Below are positions 38,194-50,960 of a DNA stretch of 64,000 nt, piece after piece. This DNA comes from Ranitomeya imitator. Taxonomy: Eukaryota. The notes under the pieces were generated by a model. That model was not told the origin of the DNA. It worked only from the letters and a program-made list of their open reading frames with translations, and made no database searches. The translations under genes were made by a program, and so were the position numbers. The number at the start of each line of letters is the position of its first letter. Position 1 is the first letter of the stretch. The stretch is taken from contig NC_091285.1 in NCBI RefSeq assembly GCF_032444005.1, positions 39,618,001-39,682,000 of the forward strand, written 5' to 3'.

Positions 38194-39775
38194 AGTAGAC
38201 TGAGCATGTTCCCACCCCTCTCCATGCCCAGTTTGTGAGCATTCACCATGGCAAATTTTCCAGGTTCCTTACATTTGTCCATGCCCAATTTAAGATCATG
38301 GTCTTTGCATCTCACCCTTGCCCAAAATCAGGGAGTGCTCCTTACACCGCTTCATTACCAAACTCAATGTGTGCTCCATTCATATCTCCATGCCCAATTT
38401 CGGAGAAGGGACTGATTCACGCCAGTCTTAACGAAGGGCTCGCTGGAGTACGATGCGCACGCCACTTAACGAATTTGGCACATTTTCTTTGTGGTGTGAT
38501 CCTCCGTGTACCTAGCCAGTAATGATACTCCAGTCAGGGACTAGAGTATCATTTCTGGTGTAAAAACCACTGGCACTTTCATGCTCGGATAACACTTAAT
38601 CCCAGCACGTTCCCTCATAAACGTCGGCAAATTTTTGTGCAGCTTCGAATTACCCCAAAATATTGCAATTTTTCAAACTGTTTTACCTTAGTTTTCAGGC
38701 GAAAACACTTGGACAAATCGTCGTATTATTTTAATACATTCGTAGCGAACAGAGACGCCATACTACTGCAACGAAAAATCCGATTATCCCCAAATTAGAG
38801 GAAGAGAAACCATCACATCGTATATAGCACAGAACTGGGACAGTAAGCAGGATCTTCATATTCTCCAGAAAGCAGAAACGGAGACAGGGGCGGCGGTGGT
38901 GAGTAACCTCGGCCATCGCTGGAAACGCCCAATAGTCATCTACTACATTCAACTTCTGAAGAAATAAAAGTTAAAATTCCAAATGTCACAGGTTATTGTA
39001 CCGCAGCCGCCTTCATGGACTCTGCTTTATCCTCTTTGCTAGTGATTGCTGCTGGGGAGATGGAAAGTCCCAAATAACTCAATGGAAAGTTGAAGATGTT
39101 GCCCACTACTGGACAACGTCTCATAACCCACACTTAGCGCCCGATAAAATAAAAAAGCCTATACTCACCTGTGCTGGCGCCGTTCCCACATTGTCAGCAC
39201 TCTGACTCCCGGGGCGGTTATAGTGACACATGATCCCGGCGCCCAATCAGGTAGTAGACTGCGTAAGAGTCTCCGCCTCCTGAAGGCGTATACACCCAAA
39301 AATGATGCAAAGTGTAGCACACGGTGAATGTCGGCACCATTATAGTCAATGGCCCCGTTGGTGCATACACCCAAATCCCGCTTTGCGATGAGACCACTGA
39401 ACGCGGGCAAGAACGCAATGTGATAACGCCCTTATTTGCCTTTGATCCTCTTGTTCTCATACTACATTTTAGATTTCTTGGTACAAGTCAACAGACCAGC
39501 TCCGTAGCCTGGTGGACATAGCCCTGTCCTGTGACGAAATACCTTCATGCACAAAATGCTTTTATGTTTTGTATTAGCCCTCCTTTATTGGAGAAATCCA
39601 GGATATACAGTACAGACCAAAAGTTTGGACACACCTTCTCATTTAAAGATTTTTCTGTATTTTCATGACTATGAAAATTGTACATTCACACTGAAGGCAT
39701 CAAAACTATGAATTAACACATGTGGAATTATATACTTAACAAAAAAGTGTGAAACAACTGAAATTATGTCTTATA

Positions 39776-41013
39776 CAGGGTGGAGCGCGGTAATTTGCTG
39801 ATTTGGGAATGAAATAAAAAAATTATGATCATTAGAAAAATTTATTTTATATTTTAATTATACTGAACAGTAATGGAATTTTTAAATTACATGGTTTTAA
39901 ATAGTGTATCTGGCAAATGTCGACCTTCGCTATCCACACACTGCTGCATACGTTTTCTGAAGTTTTCATGAACTCTAACAAGCATGTCCACTGGTATTCT
40001 GCCAATTTCAGCTTCAATATTGTTCCTTAGGTCTTCCAAGGTGTTGGGACGGTTGATATACACCTTAGACTTCAGGTAACCCCAAAGGAAAAAATCGCAT
40101 GGGGCTAAATCTGGTGAGCGTGCTGGCCAGTTCACATCTCCCCTCAAAGAGATAAGCCGTCCAGGAAACATTTGCCTCAAACAATTCATGGTAACCCTCG
40201 CTGTGTGTGCAGTGGCACCATCCTGTTGGAACCATGTATCCTCTAGTTCCATTGCCTCAAGAGCCGGCTGAAAATAATCCTGTATCATAGACAAGTACCA
40301 TTCGGAGTTCACAGTTATGGCACGACCATTATCCTGAAAAAAGTAAGGACCAATGATGCCTACTCGTGATATGGCGCACCACACAGTGAAAATGAGGTGA
40401 AAATGTGCCTCATCAGAAAAAAACACAATTGCGTCACGGGGTATCGTTGCTAACATGTCTTCACAAGAGGTCCGCCGTGTCAAATAGTCCCATGCTGACA
40501 AATGTTGGACCACGCACATTTTATACGGGTGAAAATTCAGTTCATCATGAAGAATCCGGTGGAGAGAACGTCTTGAAATGCCAAGAGCAAATGATTGCTT
40601 CCGAGCAGAGCGTTTCGGAGATTGCAGTACTGCTGCTCTAACTCTCTCGATGTTTTGTGGTGTTGTAATCCTTCTCTCAGGTCCCCTTCGTACACATGAC
40701 ACATTCCCTGCTGTTCTGAATGCATTCACCCAATTTACAATTGATTGCCGTCCAGGAACAAATCCGCGTGGAGGAACAGCGAATTGTAAACGAAAAGCAC
40801 GCTGCACTGCAATGATCGAGTGGGCATTTGAAAAATACGCTTCAACACAAAATGACCTCTCCTCACGTGTCCACTGCATGATGGCAACTGAAAGGCAGAG
40901 GAATACAAATCTCCCATCAGCCACTGTAAGCCACACCCACTCTCCCCTCTCTTCGACCGACAGTGCCGCTACAGCATGCAGTGCAAAAAAGCAAATTACC
41001 GCGCTCCACCCTG
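39776..41013 (-). mobile_element. DD41D (Visitor/rosa-type) mariner-like transposon
   Basis: Perfect 23-bp TIR CAGGGTGGAGCGCGGTAATTTGC with TA on both flanks. Confidence 0.92.
39887..40879 (-). CDS. DD41D transposase, open frame with a probable in-frame internal deletion
   Basis: MQWTREERSFCVEAYF…FSDEAHF…FQQDGATAH…WPARSPDLAPCDFFLWG, with 41 residues between the second and third D. SDEAHFHL runs straight into IFTVWCAIS, lacking the usual NKQN…ENP…PLH segment. Confidence 0.8.
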   Translation of the reverse strand: MQWTREERSFCVEAYFSNAHSIIAVQRAFRLQFAVPPRGFVPGRQSIVNWVNAFRTAGNVSCVRRGPERRITTPQNIERVRAAVLQSPKRSARKQSFALGISRRSLHRILHDELNFHPYKMCVVQHLSAWDYLTRRTSCEDMLATIPRDAIVFFSDEAHFHLIFTVWCAISRVGIIGPYFFQDNGRAITVNSEWYLSMIQDYFQPALEAMELEDTWFQQDGATAHTARVTMNCLRQMFPGRLISLRGDVNWPARSPDLAPCDFFLWGYLKSKVYINRPNTLEDLRNNIEAEIGRIPVDMLVRVHENFRKRMQQCVDSEGRHLPDTLFKTM

Positions 41014-41015
41014 TA

Positions 41016-44000
41016 CTAGATGGTTGCCCGATTCTAACGCATCGGGTATTCTAGAATATGTATGTCCACGTAGTATATTGCCCAGCCACGTAGTATATTG
41101 CCCAGCCACATAGTATATTGCCCTGTCACGTAGTATATTGCCCAGCCACGTAGTATATTGCCCAGTCACGTACTATATTTCCAGCCACTTAGTATATTGC
41201 CCAGTCACGTAGTATATTGCACAGCCACATACTATATTTCCAGCCACATACTATATTGCCCAGCCACGTAGTATATTGCCCAGCCACGTAGTATATTGCC
41301 CAGTCACGTAGTATATTGCCCAGCCACGTAGTATATTGCCCAGTCACGTACTATATTTCCAGCCACGTAGTATATTGCCCAGTCACGTAGTATATTGCAC
41401 AGCCACGTACTATATTTCCAGCCACATACTATATTGCCCAGCCACGTAGTATATTGCCCAGCCACGTAGTATATTGCCCAGTCACGTAGTATATTGCCCA
41501 GCCACGTAGTATATTGCCCAGTCACGTACTATATTGCCCAGCCACGTAGTATATTGCCCAGCCACGTAGTATATTGCCCAGTCACGTACTATATTGCCCA
41601 GCCACGTAGTATATTGCCCAGTCACGTAGTATATTGCCCAGCCACGTAGTATATTGCCCAGTCACGTACTATATTTCCAGCCACGTAGTATATTGCCCAG
41701 CCACGTAGTATATTGCCCAGTCACGTACTATATTGCCCAGCCACGTAGTATATTGCCCAGTCACGTAGTATATTGCCCAGCCACGTAGTATATTGCCCAG
41801 TCACGTACTATATTGCCCAGCCACGTAGTATATTGCCCAGTCACATACTATATTGCCCAGCCACGTAGTATATTGCCCAGTCACGTAGTATATTGCCCAG
41901 CCACGTAGTATATTGCCCAGTCACGTAGTATATTGCCCAGTCACGTAGTATATTGCACAGCCACGTACTATATTTCCAGCCACGTAGTATATTGCCCAGC
42001 CACGTAGTATATTGCCCAGTCACGTACTATATTTCCAGCCACGTAGTATATTGCCCAGCCACGTAGTATATTGCCCAGTCACGTACTATATTGCCCAGCC
42101 ACGTAGTATATTGCCCAGTCACGTAGTATATTGCCCAGCCACGTAGTATATTGCCCAGTCACGTACTATATTGCCCAGCCACGTAGTATATTGCCCAGTC
42201 ACGTAGTATATTGCCCAGCCACGTAGTATATTGCCCAGTCACGTACTATATTTCCAGCCACGTAGTATATTGCCCAGTCACGTAGTATATTCCCCAGTCA
42301 CGTAGTATATTGCACAGCCACGTACTATATTTCCAGCCACGTAGTATATTGCCCAGCCACGTAGTATATTGCCCAGTCACGTACTATATTTCCAGCCACG
42401 TAGTATATTGCCCAGCCACGTAGTATATTGCCCAGTCACGTACTATATTGCCCAGCCACGTAGTATATTGCCCAGTCACGTAGTATATTGCCCAGCCACG
42501 TAGTATATTGCCCAGTCACGTAGTATATTGCCCAGTCACGTAGTATATTGCCCAGTCACGTAGTATATTGCACAGCCACGTACTATATTTCCAGCCACGT
42601 AGTATATTGCCCAGCCACGTAGTATATTGCCCAGTCACGTACTATATTTCCAGCCACGTAGTATATTGCCCAGCCACGTAGTATATTGCCCAGTCACGTA
42701 CTATATTGCCCAGCCACGTAGTATATTGCCCAGTCACGTAGTATATTGCCCAGCCACGTAGTATATTGCCCAGTCACGTACTATATTGCCCAGCCACGTA
42801 GTATATTGCCCAGTCACGTAGTATATTGCCCAGCCACGTAGTATATTGCCCAGTCACGTACTATATTTCCAGCCACGTAGTATATTGCCCAGTCACGTAG
42901 TATATTCCCCAGTCACGTAGTATATTGCACAGCCACGTACTATATTTCCAGCCACGTAGTATATTGCCCAGCCACGTAGTATATTGCCCAGTCACGTTCT
43001 ATATTTCCAGCCACGTAGTATATTGCCCAGCCACGTAGTATATTGCCCAGTCACGTACTATATTGCCCAGCCACATAGTATATTGCCCAGTCACGTAGTA
43101 TATTGCCCAGCCACGTAGTATATTGCCCAGTCACGTACTATATTGCCCAGCCACGTAGTATATTGCCCAGTCACGTAGTATATAGCCCAGTCACGTAGTA
43201 TATTGCCCAGTCACGTAGTATATTGCCCAGCCACGTAGTATATTGCCCAGTCACGTACTATATTTCCAGCCACGTAGTATATTGCCCAGCCACGTACTAT
43301 ATTGCCCAGCCACATAGTATATTGCCCAGTCACGTAGTATATTGCCTAGTCTCATAGTATATTGCCCAGCCACGTAGTATATTGCCCAGTCACGTACTAT
43401 ATTGCCCAGCCACGTAGTATATTGCCCAGCCACGTACTATATTGCCCAGTCACGTAGTATATTGCCCAGCCACATAGTATATTGCCCAGTCACGTAGTAT
43501 ATTGCCCAGCCACGTACTATATTTCCCAGCCACATAGTATATTGCCCAGTCACGTAGTATATTGCCCAGTCACGTAGTATATTGCCCAGCCACATAGTAT
43601 ATTGCCCAGCCACATAGTATATTGCCCAGTCACGTAGTATATTGCCCAGCCACGTACTATATTGCCCAGCCACGTAGTATATTGCCCAGCCACGTACTAT
43701 ATTGCCCAGCCACGTAGTATATTGCCCAGTGACGTAGTATATTGCTCAGCCACGTAGTAGATTGCTCAGCCACGTAGTATATTGCCCAGTTACGTAGTAT
43801 ATTGTCCAGTCACGTAGTATATTGCCCACAGCACAGAGCCACGTAGCATATTGCACAGCCCATGTAGTATATTGCCCAGCTATGTAGTATATTGTCCAGC
43901 CACGTATGACACAGGTTAAAAAAATAAAAAATAAACACATACTCACCCTCCGCAGGCGCGTTGTAGCACTGTCCACGGATTATTGCTGGCGGCGGCCATC

Positions 44001-44664
44001 TTCCGGAGGTCGCGTGTGCACAGATGGTAGTGCTCGGCTTCTCGGGGCTTCAGGAAAATGGCCGCAGGATGCCGCGCGTGCGCAGATGGAGATCGCGGCG
44101 GCCATTTTCCTGAAGCCGAGTTCCATTGCAAGTCCCAGGGCTGGTGTGAGCAAGGACCTATGATGACGTCGTGGTCACATGACCCTGACGTCACGGCAGG
44201 TCCTTGCCACACACCAGCCCTGGGACGGGACCGGAAGCTGCCGCTTGCAATTGAGCGGTCCAGGGAGCGTGGCGAGGAGCGAGAAAGGCGGCGGAGGGTG
44301 AGTATAGCAGGTTTTTTGTTTTTTTTTATTATTTTTAACATGACATATTTTTACTATTGATGCTGCATAGGCAGCATCAATAGTAAATAGTTGGGTGACA
44401 CACAGGGTTAATAGCAGTGGTAACGGAGTCCGTTACACCGCGGGCCGTTACCGCTGCCATTAACCCTGTGTGAGCGGGATTACGGAGCGGGCGCCGGGCA
44501 GTGAGTGCAGGGGAGTAGGGGAGGGACTAATCGGACTGTGGCCGTCGCTAATTGGTCGCGGCAGCCATGACAGCCAGATGCCGAGACCAATCAGCGAACG
44601 AATAACCGTGACAGAAGGACAGACAGACAGACGGAAGTACCCCTTAGACAATTATGTATATAGA
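41016..44664 (-). mobile_element. Non-autonomous Helitron
   Basis: Minus strand starts TC (TCTATATAC…) and ends with hairpin CCCGAT-GCGTTAGA-ATCGGG followed shortly by CTAG. Inserted between A and T with no TSD. Confidence 0.85.
41066..43906 (+). repeat. 20-bp minisatellite GCCCAG(C/T)CACGTA(G/C)TATATT, ~140 units, inside the Helitron
   Basis: Direct tandem array with 19-bp (TTTCCAG) variants. Confidence 0.97.
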
Positions 44665-44910
44665 TTCTAGGTTCTTCAAAGTAGCCACCTTTTGCTTTGA
44701 TTACTGCTTTGCACACTCTTGGCATTCTCTTGATGAGCTTCAAGAGGTAGTCACCGGGAATGGTTTTCACTTCACAGGTGTGTCCTGTCAGGTTTAATAA
44801 GTGAGATTTCTTGCCTTATAAATGGGGTTGGGACCATCAGTTGTGTTGAGCAGAAGTCTGGTGGATACACAGCTAATAGTCCTACTGAATAGACTGTGAG
44901 AATTTGTATT

Positions 44911-45953
44911 ATGGCAAGAAAAAAGCAGCTAAACGAGTGGCCATCATTACTTTAAGAAATGAGGGTCAGTCAGTCCGAAAAATTGGGAAAACTTTGAAAC
45001 TGTCCCCAAGTGCAGTGGCAAAAACCATCAAGCGCAACAAAGAAACTGGCTCACATGAGGACCGCCCCAGGAAAGGAAGACCAAGAGTCACCTCTGCTTC
45101 TGAGGATAAGTTTATCCGAGTCACCAGCCTCAGAAATCGCAGGTTAACAGCAGCTCAGATTAGAGACCAGGTCAATGCCACACAGAGTTCCAGCAGCAGA
45201 CACATCTCTACAACAACTGTTAAGAGGAGACTTTGTGCAGCAGGCCTTCATGGTAAAATAGCTGCTAGGAAACCACTGCTAAGGACAGGCAACAAGCAGA
45301 AGAGACTTGTTTGGGCTAAAGAACACAAGGAATGGACATTAGACCAGTGGAAATCTGTGCTTTGGTCTGATGAGTCCAAATTTGAGATCTTTGGTTCCAA
45401 CCACCGTGTCTTTGTGCGACGCAGAAAAGGTGAACGGATGGACTCTACATGCCTGGTTCCCACCGTGAAGCATGGAGGAGGAGGTGTGATGATGTGGGGG
45501 TGTTTTGCTGGTGACACTGTTGGGGATTTATTCAAAATTGAAGGCATACTGAACCAGCATGGCTACCACGGCATCTTGCAGCGGCATGCTATTCCATCCG
45601 GTTTGCGTTTAGTTGGACCATCATTTATTTTTCAACAGGACAACGACCCCAAACACACCTCCAGGCTGTGTAAGGGCTATTTGACCAAGAAGGAGAGAGA
45701 TGGGGTGCTACCCCAGATGACCTGGCCTCCACAGTCACCAGACGTGAACCCAATCGAGATGGTTTGGGGTGAGCTGGACCGCAGAATGAAGGCAAAAGGG
45801 CCAACAAGTACTAAGCATCTCTGGGAACTCCTTCAAGATTGTTGGAAGACCATTCCCGGTGACTACCTCTTGAAGCTCATCAAGAGAATGCCAAGGGTGT
45901 GAAAAGCAGTAATCAAAGTAAAAGGTGGCTACTTTGAAAAACCTAGAATATAA
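44911..45953 (+). pseudogene. DD38E transposase pseudogene
   Basis: Relative to copy 1 there is a 10-bp deletion after CAGCTAA (frameshift near codon 7) and TGC>TGA at 45900-45902. The catalytic core is otherwise intact. Confidence 0.9.
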
Positions 45954-46569
45954 GACATATTTTCAGTTGTTTCACACTTTTTTGTTAAGTATATAATATA
46001 CACACATATAATGTGTTATTTCAGTTTTGATGCCTACAGTGTGAATGTACAATCTTCATAGTCATGAAAATACAGAAAAATCTTTAACCCCTTTACCCCC
46101 AAGGGTGGTTTGCACGTTAATGACCGGGCCAATTTTTACAATTCTGACCACTGTCCCTTTATGAGGTTATAACTCTGGAACGCTTCAATGGATCCTGGTG
46201 ATTCTGACATTGTTTTCTCGTGACATATTGTACTTCATGACAATGGTAAAAATTCTTTGATAGTACCTGCGTTTATTTGTGAAAAAAACGGAAATTTGGC
46301 GAAAATTATGAAAATTTCGCAATTTTCCAACTTTGAATTTTTATGCAATTAAATCACAGAGATATGTCACACAAAATACTTAATAAGTAACATTTCCCAC
46401 ATGTCTACTTTACATCAGCACAATTTTGGAACCAAAATTTTTTTTTGTTAGGGAGTTATAAGGGTTAAAAGTTGACCAGCAATTTCTCATTTCTACAACA
46501 CCATTTTATTTTTGGGACCACATCTCATTTGAAGTCATTTTGAGGGGTCTATATGATAGAAAATACCCA

Positions 46570-48905
46570 AGTGTGACACCATTCTAAAAACTACACCCCT
46601 CAAGGTGCTCAAAACCATATTCAAGAAGTTTATTATCCCTTCTGGTGCTTCACAGGAATTTTTTGAATGTTTAAATAAAAATGAACATTTAACTTTTTTT
46701 CACAAAAAATTTAATTCAGCTCCAATTTGTTTTATTTTACCAAGGGTGACAGGAGAAAATGGACCCCAAACATTGTTGTACAATTTGTCCTGAGTATGCC
46801 AATACCCCACATGTGGGGGTAAACCACTGTTTGGGCGCATGGCAGAGCTCGGAAGCGAAGGAGTGCCATTTGACTTTTCAATGCAAAATTGACTGGAATT
46901 GAGATGGGACGCCATGTTGCGTTTGAAGAGCCACTGATGTGCCTAAACATTGAAACCCCCCACAAGTTACACCATTTTGGAAAGTAGACCCCCTAAGGAA
47001 CTTATCTAGAGGTGTGGTGAGCACTTTGACCCACCAAGTGCTTCACAGAAGTTTATAATGTAGAACCGTAAAAATAAAAAATCATATTTTTTCACAAAAA
47101 TTATCTTTTCGCCCCCAATTTTTTATTTTGTCAAGGGTAAGAGAAGAAATTGGACCCCAAAAGTTGATGTACAATTTGTCCTGCGTACGCTGATACCCCA
47201 TATGTGGGGGTAAACCACTGTTTGGGCGGATGGGAGAGCTCGGAAGGGAAGGAGCGCCGTTTGACTTTTCAAAGCAAAATTGACAGGAATTGAGATAGAA
47301 CGCCATGTTGCGTTTGAAGAGCCACTGATGTGCCTAAACATTGAAACCCCCCACAAATGACACCATTTTGGAAAGTAGACCCCCTAAGGAACTTATCTAG
47401 AGGTGTGGTGAGCACTTTGACCCACCAAGTGCTTCACAGAAGTTTATAATGCAGAGCCGTAAAAATAAAACAAAATTTTTTTCCCACAAAAATTATTTTT
47501 TTAGCCCCCAGTTTTGTATTTTCCTGAGGGTAACAGGAGAAATTGGACCCCAAAATTTGTTGCCCAATTTGTCCTGAGTGCGATGATACACCATATGTGG
47601 GGGGGAACCACTGTTTGGGCACATGGGAGGGCTTAGAAGGGAAGGAGTGCCATTTGAATGCAGACTTAGATGGAATGGTCTGCAGGTGTCACATTGCGTT
47701 TGCAGAGCCCCTAATGTACCTAAACAGTAGAAACCCCCCACAAGTGACACCATTTTGGAAAGTAGACCCCCTTAGGAACTTATCTAGATGTGTGCTGAGC
47801 GCTTTGACCCACCAAAGGCTTCACAGAAGTTTATAATGGAGAGCCGTAAAAATAAAACAAAAATTTTTTCCCACAAAAATTATTTTTTAGCCCCCAGTTT
47901 TGTATTTTCCCGAGGGTAACAGGAGAAATTCGACCCCACAATTTGTTGTCCAATTTGTCCTGAGTGCGCTGATACCCCATATGTGGGGGGGAACCACTGT
48001 TTGGGCGCATGGGAGGGCTCGGAAGGGAAGGAGCTCCATTTGGAATGAGGACTTAGATGGAATGGTCTGCAGGTGTCACATTGCATTTGCAGAGCCTCTA
48101 ATGTACCTAAACAGTAGAAACCTCCCACAAGTGACACCATTTTGGAAACTAGACCCCCTAAGGAACTCATCTAGATGTGTTGTGATAGCTTTGAACCCCC
48201 AAGTGTTTCACTACAGTTTGTAACGCAGAGCCGTGAAAATTAAAAAAAAAAATCTTTCCCCCCAAAATTATTTTTTAGCCCACAGTTTTGTATTTTCCCG
48301 AGGGTAAGAGGAGAAATTCGACCCCAAAAGTTGTTGTCCAATTTGTCCTGAGTACGCTGATACCCCGTATGTTGGGGGAAACCACCGTTTGAGCGCATGG
48401 CAGAGCTCGGAAAGAAAGGAGCGCCATTTGGAATGCAGACTTAGATGGAATGGTCTGCAGACGTCACATTGCGTTTGCAGAACCCCTAATGTACCTAAAC
48501 AGTAGAAACCCCCCACAAGTGACCCCATATTGGAAACTAGACCCCCCAGGGAACTAATCTAGATGTGTTGTGAGAACTTTGAACCCCCAAGTGTTTCACT
48601 ACAGTTTATAACGCAGAGCCGTGAAAATAAAAAATCTTTTTTTTTCCCACAAAAAATATGTTTTAGCCCCGAGTTTTGTATTTTCCCAAGGGTAACAGGA
48701 GAAATTGGACCCCAAAAGTTGTTGTCCTATTTGTCCTGAGTACGCTGATACCCCATATGTTGGGGTAAACCCCTGTTTGGGCACACGGGAGAGCTCGGAA
48801 GGGAAGAAGCACTGTTTTACTTTTTCAACGCAGAATTGGCTGGAATTGAGATCGGACGCCATATCGCGTTTGGAGAGCCCCTGATGTGCCGAAACAGTGG
48901 AAACC
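46570..48905 (-). repeat. ~390-bp tandem array, 6 units
   Basis: Reverse complement of the array in copy A, with one fewer unit. Confidence 0.9.
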
Positions 48906-48919
48906 CCCCAATTATAACT

Positions 48920-49430
48920 GAAACCCTAATCCAAACACACCCCTAACCCTAATCCCAACAGTAACCCTAACCACACCTCTAACCCAGACACACCCCTAAC
49001 CCTAATCCCAACCCTATTCCCAACCGTAAATGTAATCTAAACCCTAACTGTAACTTTAGCCCCAACCCAAACTGTAGCCCTAGCCCTAACCCTAGCCCTA
49101 ACCCTAGCCCTAACCCTAGCCCTAATCCCAAACCTATTCCCAACTGTAAATGTAATCTAAACCCTAACTGTAACTTTAGCCCCAACCCAAACTGTAGCCC
49201 TAGCCCTAACCCTAACCCTAATCCTAACCCTAGCCCTAACCTTAGCCCTAACCCTAGCCCTAAACCTAATCCCAACCCTAGCCCTAACCCTAGCCCTAAC
49301 CCTAATCCTAACCCTAGCTCTAACCCTAGCCCTAACCCTAGCCCTAACCCTAGCCCTAACCCTAGCCCTAACCCTAACCCTAGCCCTAACCCTAGCCCTA
49401 ACCCTAGCCCTAACCCTAGCCCTAGCCCTA
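48920..49430 (-). repeat. Interstitial telomere-like tract (CCCTAA/CCCTAG alternating)
   Basis: Long runs of CCCTAGCCCTAA plus degenerate CCCTAA units. Confidence 0.92.
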
Positions 49431-50960
49431 ATGGGAAAGTGGAAATAAATACATTTTTTTAATTTTTCCCTAACTAAGGGGGTGATGAAGGGGGGTTTGA
49501 TTTACTTTTATAGCGGGTTTTTTAGCGGATTTATATAATTGGCAGCCGTCACACACTGAAAGACGCTTTTTATTGCAAAAAATATTTTTTGCGTTACCAC
49601 ATTTTGAGAGCTATAATTTTTCTATATTTTGGTCCACAGAGTCATGTGAGGTCTTGTTTTTTGCGGGACAAGTTGACGTTTTTATTGGTAACATTTTCGG
49701 GCACGTGACATTTTTTGATCGCTTTTTATTCCGATTTTTGTGAGGCAGAATGACCAAAAACCAGCTATTCATGAATTTCTTTTGGGGGAGGCGTTTATAC
49801 CGTTCCGCGTTTGGTAAAATTGATAAAGCAGTTTTATTCTTCGGGTCAGTACGATTACAGCGACACCTCATTTATATCATTTTTTTATGTTTTGGCGCTT
49901 TTATACGATAAAAACTATTTTATAGAAAAAATAATTATTTTGGCATCGCTTTATTCTCAGGACTATAACTTTTTTATTTTTTGTTTGCTGATGATGCTGT
50001 ATGGGGGCTCGTTTTTTGCGGGACAAGATGACGTTTTCAGCGGTACCATGGTTATTTATATCTGTCTTTTTGATCGCGTGTTATTCCACTTTTTGTTCGG
50101 CGGTATGATAATAAAGCGTTGTTTTTTGCCTCGTTTTTTTTTTTTTTTTCTTACGGTGTTTACTGAAGGGGTTAACTAGTGGGCCAGTTTTATAGGTCGG
50201 GCCGTTACGGACGCGGCGATACTAAATATGTGTACTTTTATTGTTTTGTTTTTTTTATTTAGATAAAGAAATGTATTTATGGGAATAATATATATATATT
50301 TTTTTTCATTATTTTGGAATATTTTTTTTTATTTTTTTTTACACGTTTGAAAATTTTTTTTTTTACTTTTTTACTTTGTCCCAGGGGGGGACATCACAGA
50401 TCAGTGATCTGACAGTTTGCACAGCACTCTGTCAGATCACTGATCTGACATGCAGCGCTACAGGCTTCACAGTGCCTGCTCTGAGCAGGCTCTGTGAAGC
50501 CACCTCCCTCCCTGCAGGACCCGGATCCGCGGCCATCTTGGATCCGGGGCTAGAGCAGGGAGGGAGGGAGGTAAGACCCTCGCAGCAACGCGATCACATC
50601 GCGTTGCTGCGGGGGGCTCAGGGAAGCCCGCAGGGAGCCCCCTCCCTGCGCGATGCTTCCCTGCACCGCCGGCACATCGCGATCATCTTTGATCGCGGTG
50701 TGCCAGGGGTTAATGTGCCGGGGGCGGTCCGTGACCGCTCCTGGCACATAGTGCCGGATGTCAGCTGCGATAGGCAGCTGACACCCGGCCGCGATCGGCG
50801 GCGCTCCCCCCGTGAGCGCCGCCGATCGCGCTGGACGTACTATCCCGTCCATGGTCATAGGGGCCCACCCCACATGGACGGGATAGTACGTCCGATGTCA
50901 GAAAGGGGTTAAATGAGGTGTGTCCAAACTTTTGGTCTGTACTGTATATATACACATATA

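Larger units (their letters stand above)
46088..50908 (-). mobile_element. Large non-autonomous TTAA/piggyBac-type element, copy B (inverted relative to A)
   Basis: TTAA at 46084-46087 and 50909-50912 duplicates the TTAA in the Tc1 right TIR. Reverse complement of 15760-20798. Confidence 0.9.
39608..50944 (+). mobile_element. DD38E Tc1 copy 3, split by three nested insertions
   Basis: Left TIR 39608-39775 resumes at 44665. Body runs to 46087, and the right TIR resumes at 50909 and ends GTCTGTACTG|TA. Confidence 0.9.

Noticed and set aside
48979-49275. 98-aa Gly-Leu repeat ORF
   Set aside because: It is simply the translation of the telomere-like hexamer tract.
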